DNA of 64,000 nucleotides from Azolla caroliniana (Eukaryota; Plantae; Polypodiophyta): positions 3,286,001-3,350,000 of the forward strand of contig JBHGNT010000015.1 in the NCBI GenBank assembly GCA_043228905.1, given 5' to 3'. This document shows positions 1 to 14,200 of the stretch, piece after piece. Within the stretch, counting starts at the first letter, position 1, and each line of letters starts with the position of its first letter. The translations under genes were made by a program, and so were the position numbers. The notes under the pieces are model-generated. The model saw only the letters and a list, made by a program, of their open reading frames with translations. It was not told the origin of the DNA and ran no database searches.

Positions 1-290
1 CTTCCGAACTTCTGTATTCTTGTACTTTTCTTTAGGAATGGAAAAAACTGAAATAAGCTTTTCCTCGAGACCACCTTTCCATTTTCAATGTCTAAACAGA
101 GTTGGAAACCTGAATAATCTATACCCTATATTGTGAGGTCATAGTGCTCAAGACGTCAAGAGGACTTCTTGTGCTGGAATAAAATATGTACAACTTAAAC
201 ATCAATCTTTTACCTACTGTAATAAAATGATTCAATGTTTCCTAAATAGAGTGAAGGAAAGAACCATATGCTACGGACTAAGGAGTTCAC

Positions 291-3200
291 CTGGAAATCA
301 AGCTGAGCTTGTGATATTTGCTCCAACAATCGACCGCGCTCCATCCTTAATCCTTTGACTTTATTCAGCTCTGCCAATACTTTTAGCTTCTCCTCTCTTA
401 CATCACGCAAGCGATTAGAGGCTGTATTGAAGTCATCCTTGAGATGAATTTGTTCAGCTGTTAACCTCTCAAGCGTTTTGCTGAAGTTATCCCTATGTAA
501 AGACAACCCCAAATAAATAAGGATAAAAGAAAATGGGTTAGCTTGCCAATTGCAAAGGACAAAATTAAATCATTTATTCAAGGTCCTGCAACTACTGCTT
601 CTCAATGTGCAAATGAGTGACCTTCGATAATCTTCATCATATAGCCATAAATGAGAGATGAATGCATTCCTAATAACCTATGATAGTAAATTAGCCTACA
701 AAGATGCATCAGCATGGAGGCCTCATATCAGGCCTTATAAAACAGACAAAATTGCCTCCAATTACTGAGAGATATCACATTTCCTGAAAGCTAGAAAAAT
801 GAAAGAGCATCCTTACCTTATATCACTAGATTTTACTATTTCTGACTGGATTTCATCAATTGAGCGCAACCCTTGTGCAGAAATATTGAGCTTGTACTCT
901 AACTCTAAAATTTGTGACTTAATAGATTTAGCTTCTTGGCTTAATTTATCAGCTGCATCTACCACCTGGTATAATTTTTCAATTTGCTCCTTCTCCATTT
1001 TTGCATGTACAGTGAGATCACTAAGCTGTAACCAGGAAATTTTTAATTGTCAAACTATAATCTGAAACCCGTCCCAGAATCTAGAACCAAATATATAAAT
1101 AATCTCATAAAATTAGTTATAAACAGCACAGTAGTTATACATCATTTAGAGCTTGACTCTTGCTTTCAAGCTCCTGTTCTAGCTCCATAGTCATCTTTTC
1201 GGTGGCAGGAACAGTTTTCAAAACTAGTTTTACATAATCCTCGTATACGGGCCGCAGCTTCTCTAGCTGTTGTACTTTTGCTTCTGCCTGGGTATAATGT
1301 GAAGCAAGTTCACGGAGATGGTCTGCTGTACTGGAGCTTTTTACTCTTTGCTGTAAAAAGAAAAATCTAATTATGAACTCGATGTTTCAGGAATTAGGTG
1401 TATCCCAACTAAAATTGAACGCTATAAATACTCAACACCTTTCTGACAAAATCATCTTCCTCTTGTGGTGTGAAGGGACGCTCACAGCAAGGACAAACGT
1501 GATTTGCTCTAGCCACTTTCTCAAACGGTTCAAACATTCGCCGCATGCCATCTGCCATATCATGCTGACTGCCAAGCATTTACAATTCAGATAAATAAAC
1601 CATGGATAACAGCATCCCTACTATATTTTTTTTATCATCAATATAAATGCTTTGTTTTCCCTTTTAGAATATATTCAACCTCTGATTAAGAATCAATTAA
1701 CCAAAGCTGCAAACTACTCCTGAACAAAAATTAAATCATCAACTGCTAAAAAGGTCCACCAAAAACTGTTAAAACAGTTCAAAACAGGCTTTTTGATCAT
1801 ATGCAAATATTAAGAGCAGCCTGCAATCAAACAAACAAGAATTTGTACAAAGAACTTTTGAAGAAATTGCAAGTTACGCAACGTAAGCCCATTACAATTT
1901 AGCATCTAATTTTTTAACTGTTCCACACTAATTACAGGATTACATATGAGTTCCATCTATGAAGCACTATCCACATTTCCAACGCTGTGATTCATGATTC
2001 TCACCATACTCATATGCCCACACGTGACTCTGATTATGGAAGGCCCCTCTGCAATTCCAACCCCAACCACAACCTCTTCAGACTGTCCTACCATCTCTGC
2101 TCCTGTGATCAATCATTCAATGAGACCAGTATCTCTTATTGCCCATCAGCAACATCACTGCTAGTTCAAGCTGCAAGTAGTAATGGTAATAGTAAAGATG
2201 CAGTGGCCTCAGCTCCTCAGAATATTGTGTTGCAACTAAGAATCTGATCCCTTACCACATCCAAACAAATGAATGGCTGCAAAGATTGCATCAGTGTTAT
2301 CCCATCATAAAGTGCATGTTGCGCATAAGGATGTCGATGCATGTTGCATGTGGATACAAATCAAAAGAGGGGACCTTCAGGAACCATACATTGCAATTTG
2401 CTACTTTCCACCTCTCTACTCGAGGTTTGCACCTCTCAAAGAATCACCATACCATATGATCTGCTACTATGGGGGATATAGTACTATTAGGAGACTTTAG
2501 TGCACAAACTAAGAATGAACAAACAAATATGTTTGACACCAGCGAGGCAACATATGGAGAAGTTATGGCAGAAGAAGTTGGTCTACAGCACAAGCTCAAG
2601 ATATGACTGAAGTAACATAACAAGGCAAACACTTTCTAGCCTTGAGAACTACACCATAGATTTGTGATATATAATGGTTTGTCACAATGGCCCAAATTAG
2701 ATGCTTTGACATGTTGGAATTCGAAAGTGTCGGGATTAAAGGTAGTTTAGGTTTCTCCAATTAAACTAGAAAAACGTTTTTATATAATTTAATATTTTCT
2801 AATTTTTGTTAGAGTTTACAGTCTCGTTTTCAGAACTGTACTACAACTTCTAAAAGAATATTTTATACACTGAATTGATCCCTAGATAAGATTCCCACTC
2901 AGCATTACATAAGTATTTATGAGGCCATTATTTAGTTGAACCATCAGCATTTAAAGCTCTTCTTCTGAGAGCATATTCTATGTATATTAATAGCACATAT
3001 ATGTGTGTGTGCATTTTTTTATGCTGTGCTATTTTGTTTTGCTGAACTGCTTTTGCTTTCTTTAATCTCTCCTATGTGTTGAACCCCATAATTGTTTTTA
3101 GTTCTACATCTCTGCCGTTAGATATTTCCGAAAACTGTCATTCTATCTTCTACTTCACAAAAAGGAGGTGCAAGCACAGTCAATTACCTGATGAGATCTC

Positions 3201-6200
3201 CGTCTATTATACCCAAAATAATAGAGTTCACTATCCCTGGAAGACCTATTCGCTTGCAGCAGATCAGTTTTATTTACGGTCTGAGGTGAAGGATGGCTGC
3301 ACAAAGGATGTAGAGAGTGGACTGGCTACACACCAATTTATCTGGGAGAACATGTGCATATTGTGAAGTATACAATGACATGCTAGAATTGGCCTCAAGT
3401 CACTATTACACTTTTCAGGAATACATTCATAATGAGCTACTTAATCAAGGTCATATAACCAATGACTCTGTTAAAGGATATAAACGGGAATGTTCATATG
3501 TTTTAAGAGCAGAGCAGTAGAATTTACACTTGCTTGAAATTTGACAAATAGCTAGATATATGATGCTATTATTCAGACTACCATTGCAGAGTGTATGCCA
3601 TTGATGGCTATTATCCCTGAGACGATAGTTGTTAAAAAACACTCATTTTATGTTTAGAATACTTGATGTATTCAACACATACTCTATGTTTTAGAACTGC
3701 CATTTTGAAGTGTTTCATGCATTTGACATATTTTATGTGTTTAATAAGCATTTACCACTTCCAAAAAAATCATTCTTAGATGCATTACAACTATAAGAAG
3801 TATTTAATGTATTCTACCAGTATTTTATCTTTAGAATATGTATTCTAAGTATTTTTAGAAAAGATGGAGCATTTTTAGAACATATAGCATATTATTATAC
3901 ATGTACTCTATGCTAGGTAATCTACAACTATGATTGAGACTTGATCTAGGAGAGAATTTATCACCAAACAAGATATCTGCAAGAGGCATCCATAGGGTCA
4001 TGCACTGATTACATGCTACCATTTCGGTATAGTTTGATGATAGAACCCCATTTAGAGTGGTTTGGAACTATATCCCCCATAGAGTTGTTCTTAATGTCAA
4101 ACTCAGGTTCTTCCATTGAACTCTCTTTTCTAAATTTAAGTGCCTACACTGAATGAAAATAAAGGAAACAAAACAAACCTTTTGCGAACTTCCTTTTTTT
4201 CTACAGCTTCATGCAAATTTGACGAGAACGCATCAATATTTACTTGCACATCTTGCATTGAGCTTAGCCTACCAAGGATGGTTTTCTTTTTTGCTGCAAA
4301 TCAAGGTAATTATTGACTCAAAAAATATGACCATGATTGTTCATGAACACAGAGATCATTTATATGGATTATTCATGTATGCTTCGGTAATAAATAAATA
4401 AACCCTCGGTTCAGCACATTCACACTTTCAACACACCAAAAGAATATAACCTCCCCATCTTGAATATCTTAATAGATATACCAGTTATGTCACAGCAATT
4501 AGTTGGACTAATAATATGGCATATTTTTACTGACATTACAACATAATGGTATCCATAATGCAAGCCTCCATTATGATTCTGGTTATGCAATCCTTTGAAG
4601 AACTTAAATTCCATGTTTCAATACTCTACTTCAACAAACCCATGATAACCCCATGAAAAATGTTCCTCAAGTTACAAAATAAAATATTATCTAGAAACCT
4701 GTGTATGCATAACGATAAACATGCTGAGGTAAAATCAATACATAGTCTACCACAAAAATACATGACAATACATACTGACCATCTCTATCCCTCTGAGCAG
4801 TCGAAAGTTCAGTTCGAGCATCCTGTAGCTTTAGAGCAACCAAATCCGCTTCTTGCTTAGCTACTGCAGCTTTTTCACTCAATGACTTGTACTCCTCGGC
4901 AGCAAATCTATATATAATCAATCAATAGAAACAAACTCATTATAAACATGGCAACTCTGTCAGATGGTAATTGCAATCATTTGAACGAAAAACATGTGCC
5001 TAGAATAGCCTGCTTTCCCAGAGATGACGGAAGTCTGCAGAGTCCTGACAAACAGCCATTTTCATGACAAGTGCTATGGCAATATTTTTACATTAGTTTA
5101 TTTTTATGGGAAGACTTCTTCGAAATTAATACATTGTTTTCTTAAACAACACAAAGGCAAAGACCACCTGAAATGTCAGATAGATTTCCATTCAAGAATC
5201 AATGTGGAGTTTAATTAAACACTAACTCAAAGTAAAATCTAAACAAATTTCATACCTTAACACATCTCCAATATCCTTTTTCACACTTTCCACCCCTGGC
5301 AACCGCCCCTTCAAAGTCCGTTTGATATTTTCTTTGTTCTCTTCCATGCTGCAGTCAACAAGTTACTGTATAATCTTGACATGTCCCAAATATTAAGGTT
5401 AATTACACTATTTTCAAAACTCACAGCTTTTTGAGCCTTCTCTCCTTGTCTACGAAATCTTCCTTCTTCAGGTCAAGCTGCACTCTGTCAACTGATTCCT
5501 TTGCAATTCCATCCTTCTCACGATGAAGGGTCTTCAACCTCTGCTCTAACCGATATATCTCTACTCTCAAATTGTCAATTTCAGTTTCAAAATTCTTCGC
5601 ATTAAGCTTGCTGCTTTGTCTATTCACTTCATCTTCCTGTAAAACATCATAGATTTGAAAGGTAAATACCTATAAGATACAATAACTCTTTCAGTAAAGT
5701 ATAAAGGTAGTGCAAGAATGCTAACAACCACCCTAACTTAGCAGTAAACATGTTTCAATGCTCAAGTAGAAGGTAACAGTCCTGGAAACGTGAAATCATG
5801 TAATGTATTTGGAATATTGACTGTTCTGCTGCAGTAGTTAAGAGTAGATAGCAGATGACCATTACAGTTTCATAGCAACCTTCTGTGCAACTATCACATT
5901 ATCTCCCGCCATCGCAGGTGCTTCCCTCGCTTCGGAGACCTTTCCATTCTGGATCGACCTATGCTAGAGATCTTTCGAAGACAAAAGCTACAATATATCT
6001 AACTTGAGAATCTCACATGTGCCAAAAACCAGATTCCCTTGTCTCTTTTTATCTTATTTACTTTTATATTTACAGAGTAATTTTTATTTTATATTGATTT
6101 GTTGTTCTCAAAAACAAGACAACATTTAAGATATAATCTCTTGTTTGGTCTTATAGGCCATTTTGGCCTTCTTAAAAGATGTTAATATATCTTTCTTTCT

Positions 6201-9200
6201 TTCTTTCTTTCTAGTATTGCACCTATAGCAAACTCTCGAGGGGGGTTACAGAACACTTGGATACTATACAGTCTTTTACACGAGATACTGGACTCTTAGT
6301 GAACCTTGGAAAAACCAAGGTCATGGTGTTTAACATTTCATCTCAGTGGATTGAGGAGGTTCACAACTGGTCATGCATGGACGAGAGAGTGGATTGTATA
6401 CATCAATATCTTTATCTTAGTGTAGTGTTCGCAGGACCTATCTTCGCCATGAGAGTTGTGCATGCTCAACTTACTAGGGAGCATGCAGCACACATTAGAG
6501 GACTAAGAAGGATGTGCTCAAAGACCCATGCCAATAGCTATGTACTGTGGTTATTTGATACTCTTGTTACACCTTCAATTCTCTATGGTGTACAGAATTG
6601 ATGATCTAGTCTGGACCGTCATCACAGACCTGGAGGCATCTCTGGTGTATAGAAATTGATAGAGAGAGCTGTTGTATCCATGATTGCCAAATGATTCAGA
6701 CTAAATCATCGGTGCCCGTGATATTAAAAGATTGACCTTATGAGTTGTGGAATTGCCCAAATTGACAAAAAGTGACAGAAAATAGATAGTCTCATTGCAT
6801 TAATGTCATAATCCCCCGGGCGTCTTTCACTCAAGAGGGCATTGATGTCATACATCATAATGTTGCAAGAGCATTCATGGGCTGAACCACTCAGATTCTA
6901 CGACTCCTAAATATGTGATTATTTATTTTGTACGTTGTATCCGCCCCTTCACTTGTACCCATTATTTTGTACGTTGTATCCTCCCCTTCACTTGTACCCA
7001 TGGTTCCTATATCATTGTACTTCAATCACAGTGTAGTTCCACAGAGAAGCTACATAATTTGGGCACAGCTTATTGTTGCTTTCTTTTCGAAGACCTCTAT
7101 AATATTCACATGGATGTAGCTTTTGGTCTCATTGGTCACTTTGGCCTTTTGAAGATTTTTATCATATTTCTATTTTTCTCTTCAAGACACACTTCTTACA
7201 CACATCAGAAGTTGGATTCATCATCAGGCCACCATCTTCAATCATATTTCTATTTTTCTCTTCAAGACATTACAAGACACACTTCTTACACACATCAGAG
7301 GATGGATTCATCATCAGGCCACCTTATATGGACATACATCTATCCTATGCGTTACGCAGTGTGATAGGGCAGCTGTGAACTTCATCACATCAATTAGAGA
7401 TTGAGGTAGGCAGATATACACGTATACCTGTAGAAGAAAGAATTTGCCAATTGTGCCATCAAGGAGTGGAATCCGAAGAACACTATGTTTGTCACTGTAG
7501 TGTCTTTTATGAAATCAACGGGAGATACCATTGCCTCTTTAAACAAGGCTTTGGCCCAGTACGCAAGGTAATGGAATATGAGGACCAACGGTGCCTAGGA
7601 CTTTTCTTGCTAGAACTCAAGAGACAGGGAAAAGTTGTTGATTGACAATAACACAGCAACACAAGCTCATCCACAAAGGACAATCACAACTTCCTTTAGT
7701 CCCATCACTCCTACTAATGCTACGAGTCAATCAAGGGATACACTAATGGGCTCCCGACCAGGACATAACAAAGGGATTACAATAGATCAGGCAATAGCAA
7801 TTTGTCGTGCACATAGGCCACGCCCCCATGGACCACGTTCGCAACAGCCTTGTCATCGACAAATAAAGGTCATTATCTCCCGCCATCGCAGGTGCTTCCC
7901 TCACTCCGGAGACCTCTCCATTTTGGATTGACCTATGCTAGAGATCTTTCGAAGACAAAAGTTACAATATATCTAACTTGAGAATCTCACATGTGCCAAA
8001 AACCAGATTCCCTCGTCTCTTTTTATCTTATTTACTTTTATATGTACTGAGTAATTTTTATTTTTATTTTTATTTGTTGTTCTCAAATACGAGACAACAC
8101 TTAAGATGTAATCTCTTGTTTGGTCACATGGGCCATTTTGGCCTCTTAAAAGACATTAATATATCTTCCTTCTTCTCTGAGACCATAATAGGAAAGAATG
8201 CCTGAAATCTGCATGGAAAAAGAAAGAAAGAAAGCTATATCAAAGTCTTCTAAGGACAAGGTAGCCAGAAACTTCAAAACTATACGTTCTTAAAATGGAA
8301 CCAAGGTTAGAAATTTAATCACATATATAGCACCATTACCATTTGTTTTTCCTTTTCATCCAGTCCTGCAACATCATATTTGGTTTGCGAAAGATCTTCA
8401 AGGTCTGCATCAATCTCCTCAATGCGTTTTTCTGACTCTTCCTGCCACATAGCACTTTGAGACTACTTTTCCCTCTCTACATTTATAATTCAAGGCCTAA
8501 TAATGGACTTAAGCATGCCTACCTGAGCCTTTCTCTTTGCCTCAAGGTGACCCTGCAATTCACTGAGCTTCTTGCTATTTGCCTCTACACGCTTCCATAC
8601 TTTTATAACCTCCACCTCACCAGCTTTCTGTATCGCTAAAATTGAGCTTATTTTTTCATAGAAATACAAACTTCAACCAGTGGCAGAAAACACAAGCTAC
8701 CTTCTTGTCTTCGATATCTTTCAGCAGCTCTTTCAAACGGAGCTCCGCCCGTTGTGTCATCTGCCTTGCCACTTCATGGCTTATAGATGATCCTATCGTT
8801 CCTAGATTATAATCATGAAACAACGTTTGTATTTTCTCATCACGCTCTTTCTCGAGTTCCCTGTATGTCTGCATAAAAAGGTGACCTATAAGCATAAAAG
8901 ACTCCATGACCAAGTAGCCCATCGTCAAAAAGTAAGATTTCAATACCTCAGCTTCAGCATGTTGTTTGCCTATGTTTAGACTTTCATCATTTTTCTTTTT
9001 ATTGAGAATCTCTATCTGTGTGATATTGTCTGCTATATCTCTTTCCCCTTTGCTAATCTGAATCTTCAGAACCCCAAGATTCTTATCAAACTGTGTTTGC
9101 CACTCCAAAAGCTCCTCGTCAGTATCTGGTCATGATAATCACACAAAGAAGATGTCAAAAAATTTAATTATGCACCTAGTTACATGATGATTGTACATGA

Positions 9201-11897
9201 GGCAAGTATGTCCTCACCTTCCACATCCTCGGCAAGCTTAGCATATTGCTGTTCTTGTAGTGCAAAGAGGGTGCTTCTTTTGCTATTTAGAAAGCGAACC
9301 TCCTCATGTAGTCTTCTAAGCTCTTTGATTGTTTTATCATGGTTGCTAATGCTCATTTGGACCTCTGTTATCTCTTTATCAAGTTTCTGAATCTGAGACT
9401 TCAACTTATTTGTGTTGTCTGTGTCATGGGAGATATTCTCTTGGAGCTGGTTTTCAACAGGCAATAAAAGCAAGATATGAGAATATAACAGTGAAAATAT
9501 GGAAATCTATGGTAGCATATTAAAATATATACCTTGTATGCCGCATCTTTTAGAGTCTGTAAATTCTCTAATTTTAATTTCTGCATCTTGATATCCTGAG
9601 CTTGCTCCTTGTGAAGCTTTTTTATCACTTCCAAAGCTTTTGTGTATCTGCAACAGCAACAGCCAGTATACATCACCTGCTAACTCAAATAAGGTTCAGT
9701 TATTGACGTTTTCAATTTATAATAGGCAAGTGATAGTCTGCGTAACGTTCAACTAAAGAGATAAAGCCAGGTCTTCCATTTATGCACTGGTTATTGATCC
9801 AATGATGCAAATAGATGAGCTTTGTGGAATTTTTGCATCCAGTGTAAATGTTCAGTTCAGTTCATAATGTTGACAAAAGGCTGCACGTTGTTCTATTCTC
9901 TAACCATTTCAGCTGTTGAATGTCTTTGTCATTTGCATACATGTCAAAGCTCAATTAAGAAATTGACATTCTACTGTTAATACTACCAAAGAAACAACAT
10001 TATATATTATAAGTAGACAAGAAACACATTACTTGGTGGCTGAGAAAATATCATCAAATTTCTTCTTTAAGACTGATCCCTCTGCTAATGGCCAGTTAGC
10101 TTCATCCTGATGCACAAAAATCACATTCTCTAGGATGGCTTTTGAAACTCCCATCAAAGCTGGAACTTCCCTATCCATATCAGCACATCGATAGCTCAAG
10201 CAAACTTTCTGTATTGCCAGGTTCAACTCATGAGTATAGGAAATAGCACACTCTCTGTATATACCAATGTATAAAATGTGCTGTAATTAATACCTCTCCA
10301 GTCTGTGGATCAATCGTCTGCAACACACTTTCAATAGCTTTGTACTCCATTTTAGTTCCTTTCTGAGTCAATTGAAAGGATCGGATGCACACCACATCCT
10401 TTCCTGCTGCTGTCTTAAACCTAAGTTTAATCTGCCCCTTAATTTCTGTCTCTCCTGCGACCTGCCACCACCAAATAAAAATGGCATGCCAAAATTAATA
10501 CATAATTTGTTTTTCCTTTTCGAATCACATAAATTTACAGTACACATTTCAATGGAGTCGGCTATTGTATTCCCTACTTTTGGATCATGCACAAAGCTTT
10601 GGCCTGATCTTGCATTTGGCGGTAATTCTCCTGTACATGCATGCTTCAAAGCTTCAATAATTGTCTGCAAATACATGAGATACATTGACTGAAAGTGTGG
10701 TATAAAAATCCCAAAGAAGATTTATCATAGAGATGGTTGTACAGCAACAAGGAATCTCACAAACCCATTATCTATGACATCATTGAATAGACTCATTCAT
10801 AAGTACAAGATAAGGGCATGCCTCATGTAAAGAAAGCACAAGATCCAAAGTGAAAGAGGTAAAGGTTGTTGAATAATACATTGATCAAGGAATATGTAAA
10901 CTATTAACTATGGATCCTGCTAACTCATGACACTTATGCTCAACTGCACATAATACATCCCATTCTTTACTTAACAAAGTTTCCCATAATATATACTTCT
11001 TATGAGGAGAACATGCCCCTCTCACATTCCATGTTACCACTTTTATTCAATCAACAATGTTATGGGTGCACTTGCTCCTTTAGAGCAACCAATGTCATGA
11101 AACTAGTCAAAGCATGCTCCAATGCTGCATATGGATTTTCATGCACCACATCCTTAGGGTTGTCTATCGAAATCTTTCGTTTAGATTCTCCATAGATGAG
11201 ATTATTCTTCTATCAACCCTTCTTTCCTCTTCGTGGGTTGGTTGAGTGGAAGTGGCAATGACAGAAAACCAAACAACCCACTTCATTTCACATCTTGAGA
11301 TTATCTGAAAGATTACCCAAGCTTATTCAATTCTCTTCATCCCACCATTAGTTGATCAAGATGTTAGCACCACACCTTATACTGGATCAATGTTCATAGC
11401 ACATGGAAGCTCCCTTTACATAGTTGTGCTCTTGGAGGACATTTCTCTAGACAATTGGCAAGTGTGTGATACTTCATGTTGGTACATACAAAATGGAGTT
11501 ATGGTGATACTTCATGTTGGTATACACAAAATGGCATTGTGATTTGCATTACAAGGATCAGCATATGAGTGGTACACCGTCCGCACCAATAGAATCTCTT
11601 TTAATGGTGGTATTGGGTCACAATGATCATGTCCCACACCTTCTGATGATGTTAAAATAACATCTTTATTGACTCCCTCTCTTTTACAAGACTTCTAAAA
11701 GATTCACATGGACATGTAATTCTTGTTCTCATGGGTCTTTTTGGCCCCTTCAAAGACATTAATACAATGTTTCATTCCATTTTCATCTCTCTCTCTCGAT
11801 GAATGGGTAAATATCCCATTTTTGTTGTACACCTTTTGTCTCATGGGCCAATTTTGGCCTTAGAAGACGTTAATATATCTTTCTTTCTTTCTTTCTT

Positions 11898-11970
<73 letters not shown>

Positions 11971-12523
11971 TCAAAGACGAGACAACACTTAAGATGTAAT
12001 CTCTTATTTGGTCTTATCGGCCATTTTGGCCTCTTAAAAGACGTTAATATCTCTCTCTTAACTATCTTTCGAAATCTTGATAAGCATATGCACATACATA
12101 CACATACATATACATGCTTGCTTGCTTGCTTATACATACATATATAAATGTGCTTGTAAGTATGTAAGTACGTCATGTGCATATGTACATATATGTGTAT
12201 ATGTCCGTACGTAAGTGCGTTTACACGTATGTAAGCACGTACAATACGTTCGTATGTATGTATATGTGTGTGTATGTGTGTATATGTGTATATGTGTGAA
12301 TATGTGTGTATGTATGTATACATATATGTATGTATTGTACGCATTCTTAGATACTGTATATATAAAGCTATACGTATGCACGTAAAAGGAAGGGACCTAC
12401 CGTTTTCCCAGCACCATTTGGTCCAACGATGAGAGTGAGGGGTTTGAAGAAGGTGATGACGTTAGTGTTGTCGGGGCTGAAACTGCGTATGCCCTTTATC
12501 AGCATCTTGTCCACGGTACTCAT
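291..12523 (-). CDS. RAD50: DNA repair protein RAD50, N-terminal ~929 codons (3' part beyond the left window edge). Exons: 12523-12401, 10664-10578, 10461-10294, 10208-10033, 9647-9533, 9446-9218, 9125-8947, 8868-8701, 8627-8523, 8441-8340, 5636-5425, 5348-5256, 4907-4780, 4293-4179, 1568-1439, 1350-1141, 1061-817, 492-291
   Basis: Starts [26 protein letters not shown] (Walker A), then [31 protein letters not shown] (Q-loop) and coiled-coil exons. The zinc hook HVCPCCER is at 1484-1495. All introns are GT-AG and the exon lengths sum to 2787 nt in frame. Confidence 0.96.
2220..2715 (+). mobile_element. Decayed LINE endonuclease-domain fragment in a RAD50 intron
   Basis: ORF 2273-2500 ([16 protein letters not shown]) followed by a degenerate LLGDF.A segment, resembling the AP endonuclease of LINE ORF2. 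Confidence 0.55.
5897..6212 (+). mobile_element. 5'-truncated LINE 3' end with (TTTC)n tail
   Basis: Near-identical to 7873-8178; ends in GGCCATTTTGGCC..TTAATATATC followed by TTTC repeats. Confidence 0.75.
6213..8178 (+). mobile_element. Cluster of decayed RTE/RTEX-like LINE pieces (RT thumb, C-terminal Cys/His motif, 3' UTRs)
   Basis: [18 protein letters not shown] (6257-6601); [31 protein letters not shown] (~7380-7620); 3' terminal motifs at ~7134 and ~8131. Confidence 0.7.
11685..12060 (+). repeat. Three stacked LINE 3' termini separated by (TTTC)n/(CT)n tracts
   Basis: GG(C/T)C..TTTGGCC..AAGAC.TTAATA motif at ~11733, 11846 and 12019; long (CT)n at ~11900-11967. Confidence 0.7.
12085..12380. 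repeat. Low-complexity alternating purine/pyrimidine tract (CA/TA/TG) in RAD50 intron 1
   Basis: Directly visible; it accounts for the spurious His/Thr/Tyr/Ile-rich ORFs here. Confidence 0.8.
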
Positions 12524-12704
12524 CCCTCCCTTCCCTCCCTCCCTTGGCCTTCTCACACACACACACAGACAGACAGAGTTCAGACAGACAGACAGACAAA
12601 CAGACAGAGACAGACTTCTCCAACTGTACTGAGCTGAAAGATCGATGTATGTATGTACATAGTGTGAGGTTTCATTAAGTTTTATGAGAGAGAACTCTCA
12701 ATTT

Positions 12705-12826
12705 CTTTTGTTTCCCCAAATGCCCCTGAGCTTTGGTTATTCCCCAAAATGCCCCTACCTAAGCTTTGGTTATTCCCCCGTATGCCCCTGAGTTTCCTTT
12801 GGTTATTCTCCCATATGCCCCCTGTG
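12705..12826. repeat. Four imperfect ~30 bp tandem repeats upstream of RAD50
   Basis: CTTTGGTTATTCCCC..ATGCCCCT repeated four times. Confidence 0.75.
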
Positions 12827-13034
12827 TCTCTTGAGATATACATGTATGTATTGCAATTGGATGAATAGATTCTTCATCGTCTCGATTCTCCTCCCGATAG
12901 GGTTTAGGGTTTATGTAATTTAATGGTTTAATTAAAGTTTTTTATTGATTTAATTTATTTAACTTAAATGTTTATTTAAATTAATGGCTTGACTAATGTT
13001 TTTTTCTTGAATTAATTAATTATTTATTTATTTT

Positions 13035-14200
13035 TCCAAAAAAGAAAACTCCTTCCATTAGTTATAAAATTTTATTGATGAGATTAGTATATACAAATCC
13101 CTGTAGAGACACGATAGGTCCATCTTATGTGGATGCCCACCGACTCAATAAAGGGGGAGGACGACCATTGTTGGATGAAGGCTAGTCGTTGTCTTTCAAC
13201 TCCATCGGAGTCACCCTTGAGGTCATCATATTGGCTCTTTAGAGTGGCGACCACTTCACTCCATATCTATTGCATTAACACTATTAGTTGCACAATTTGG
13301 TTGGAGAAGACCCGTCTACACCGTTGTTTCCATAAAATCCAAAGAGTTATTGGGTTGACCAATTCCAACACAACTTGAGATTTGGCATTGATAGGAGTTG
13401 AGTGGACATTGTCGATGGTGGAGAAAAAAACCTCTTGTGCTTTTATAACCAAAGTCATCCACTCTTCCTGATGCTCATATCTATCAACTTGGGCCTGCCA
13501 TGATAGCCAGCATACATTTCCCCACTTGATCGAGCCTTGCACCTAACATATTTGCAATAAGCGGCCAACCCCCCGCCATATTTGATGGGACTCTAGGCAG
13601 TCCCATAGAGCATGTCATATTGATTCTACTACAGTTGGACACGCTACACAATTAGGAGAGCTGAGGTTCCCACGTTGCCATGTATTAATAGCCATTGGAA
13701 AGTGGTGATTCGCCTCGCGTGTTGTTGTTTCCAGAGTTTCTGCCAAAACTTGGTGATAATTGTGTTAGGAACATGTTATGTTTTCCAGACCTTTGTAGCA
13801 GTCGAATCTCAGGCAGATTGAGCGGTTATAATATGGCGACCCAATCTAGTTGTGAATTGAAAGAAAGGGATAGGTTTGATTCCTTGCCCGACGTAAGGAT
13901 CACGCCATGTCCATTGCAAAGGGTCCCAACTGACCTTACGTAGCCATGTGTTTTCATGAGTACATATGTGCCAATCTTGTTGTACTTTGATCAGATCGGG
14001 ATCTACAATCCATTTATGCCCAGTATATGCTAGTACTCGAATTGCCTTACTTGTGGTGATGCCTCGTTGTCCTGCAGTTCAGAACCTTTGATCTTGTCTG
14101 GTGTGTCCCTACCTCTTTGGAGCAAAGAGCCCTCCTCCTTGTAGCCTATCCATTTCTTCGTTGTCATCCTTTGATGAGTAGCTTCCCTAATTAGTAGAGC
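13035..14200 (-). mobile_element. Decayed, 5'-truncated L1-type LINE (zf-RVT C-terminus)
   Basis: ORF 13267-13542 contains LWILWKQRCRRVF. An A/T-rich tail lies at ~13020-13035, and GAATTAATTA occurs on both flanks as a possible TSD. Confidence 0.6.

Noticed and set aside
1-290. A further RAD50 exon near the window edge
   Set aside because: Candidate acceptors at ~173 and ~109 hit in-frame stops, so the next exon is probably outside the window.
11400-11640. Gag-like LQGSAYEWY fragment, and possible integrase relic at ~63100-63500
   Set aside because: Too short and decayed to call without a profile search.
11803-12381. ORFs of 83-167 aa in RAD50 intron 1
   Set aside because: Translations of microsatellite and low-complexity DNA.
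12897-12913. Telomere-like TAGGGTTTAGGGTTT
   Set aside because: Only two units; a common telo-box or a decayed hAT end, not an interstitial telomere.
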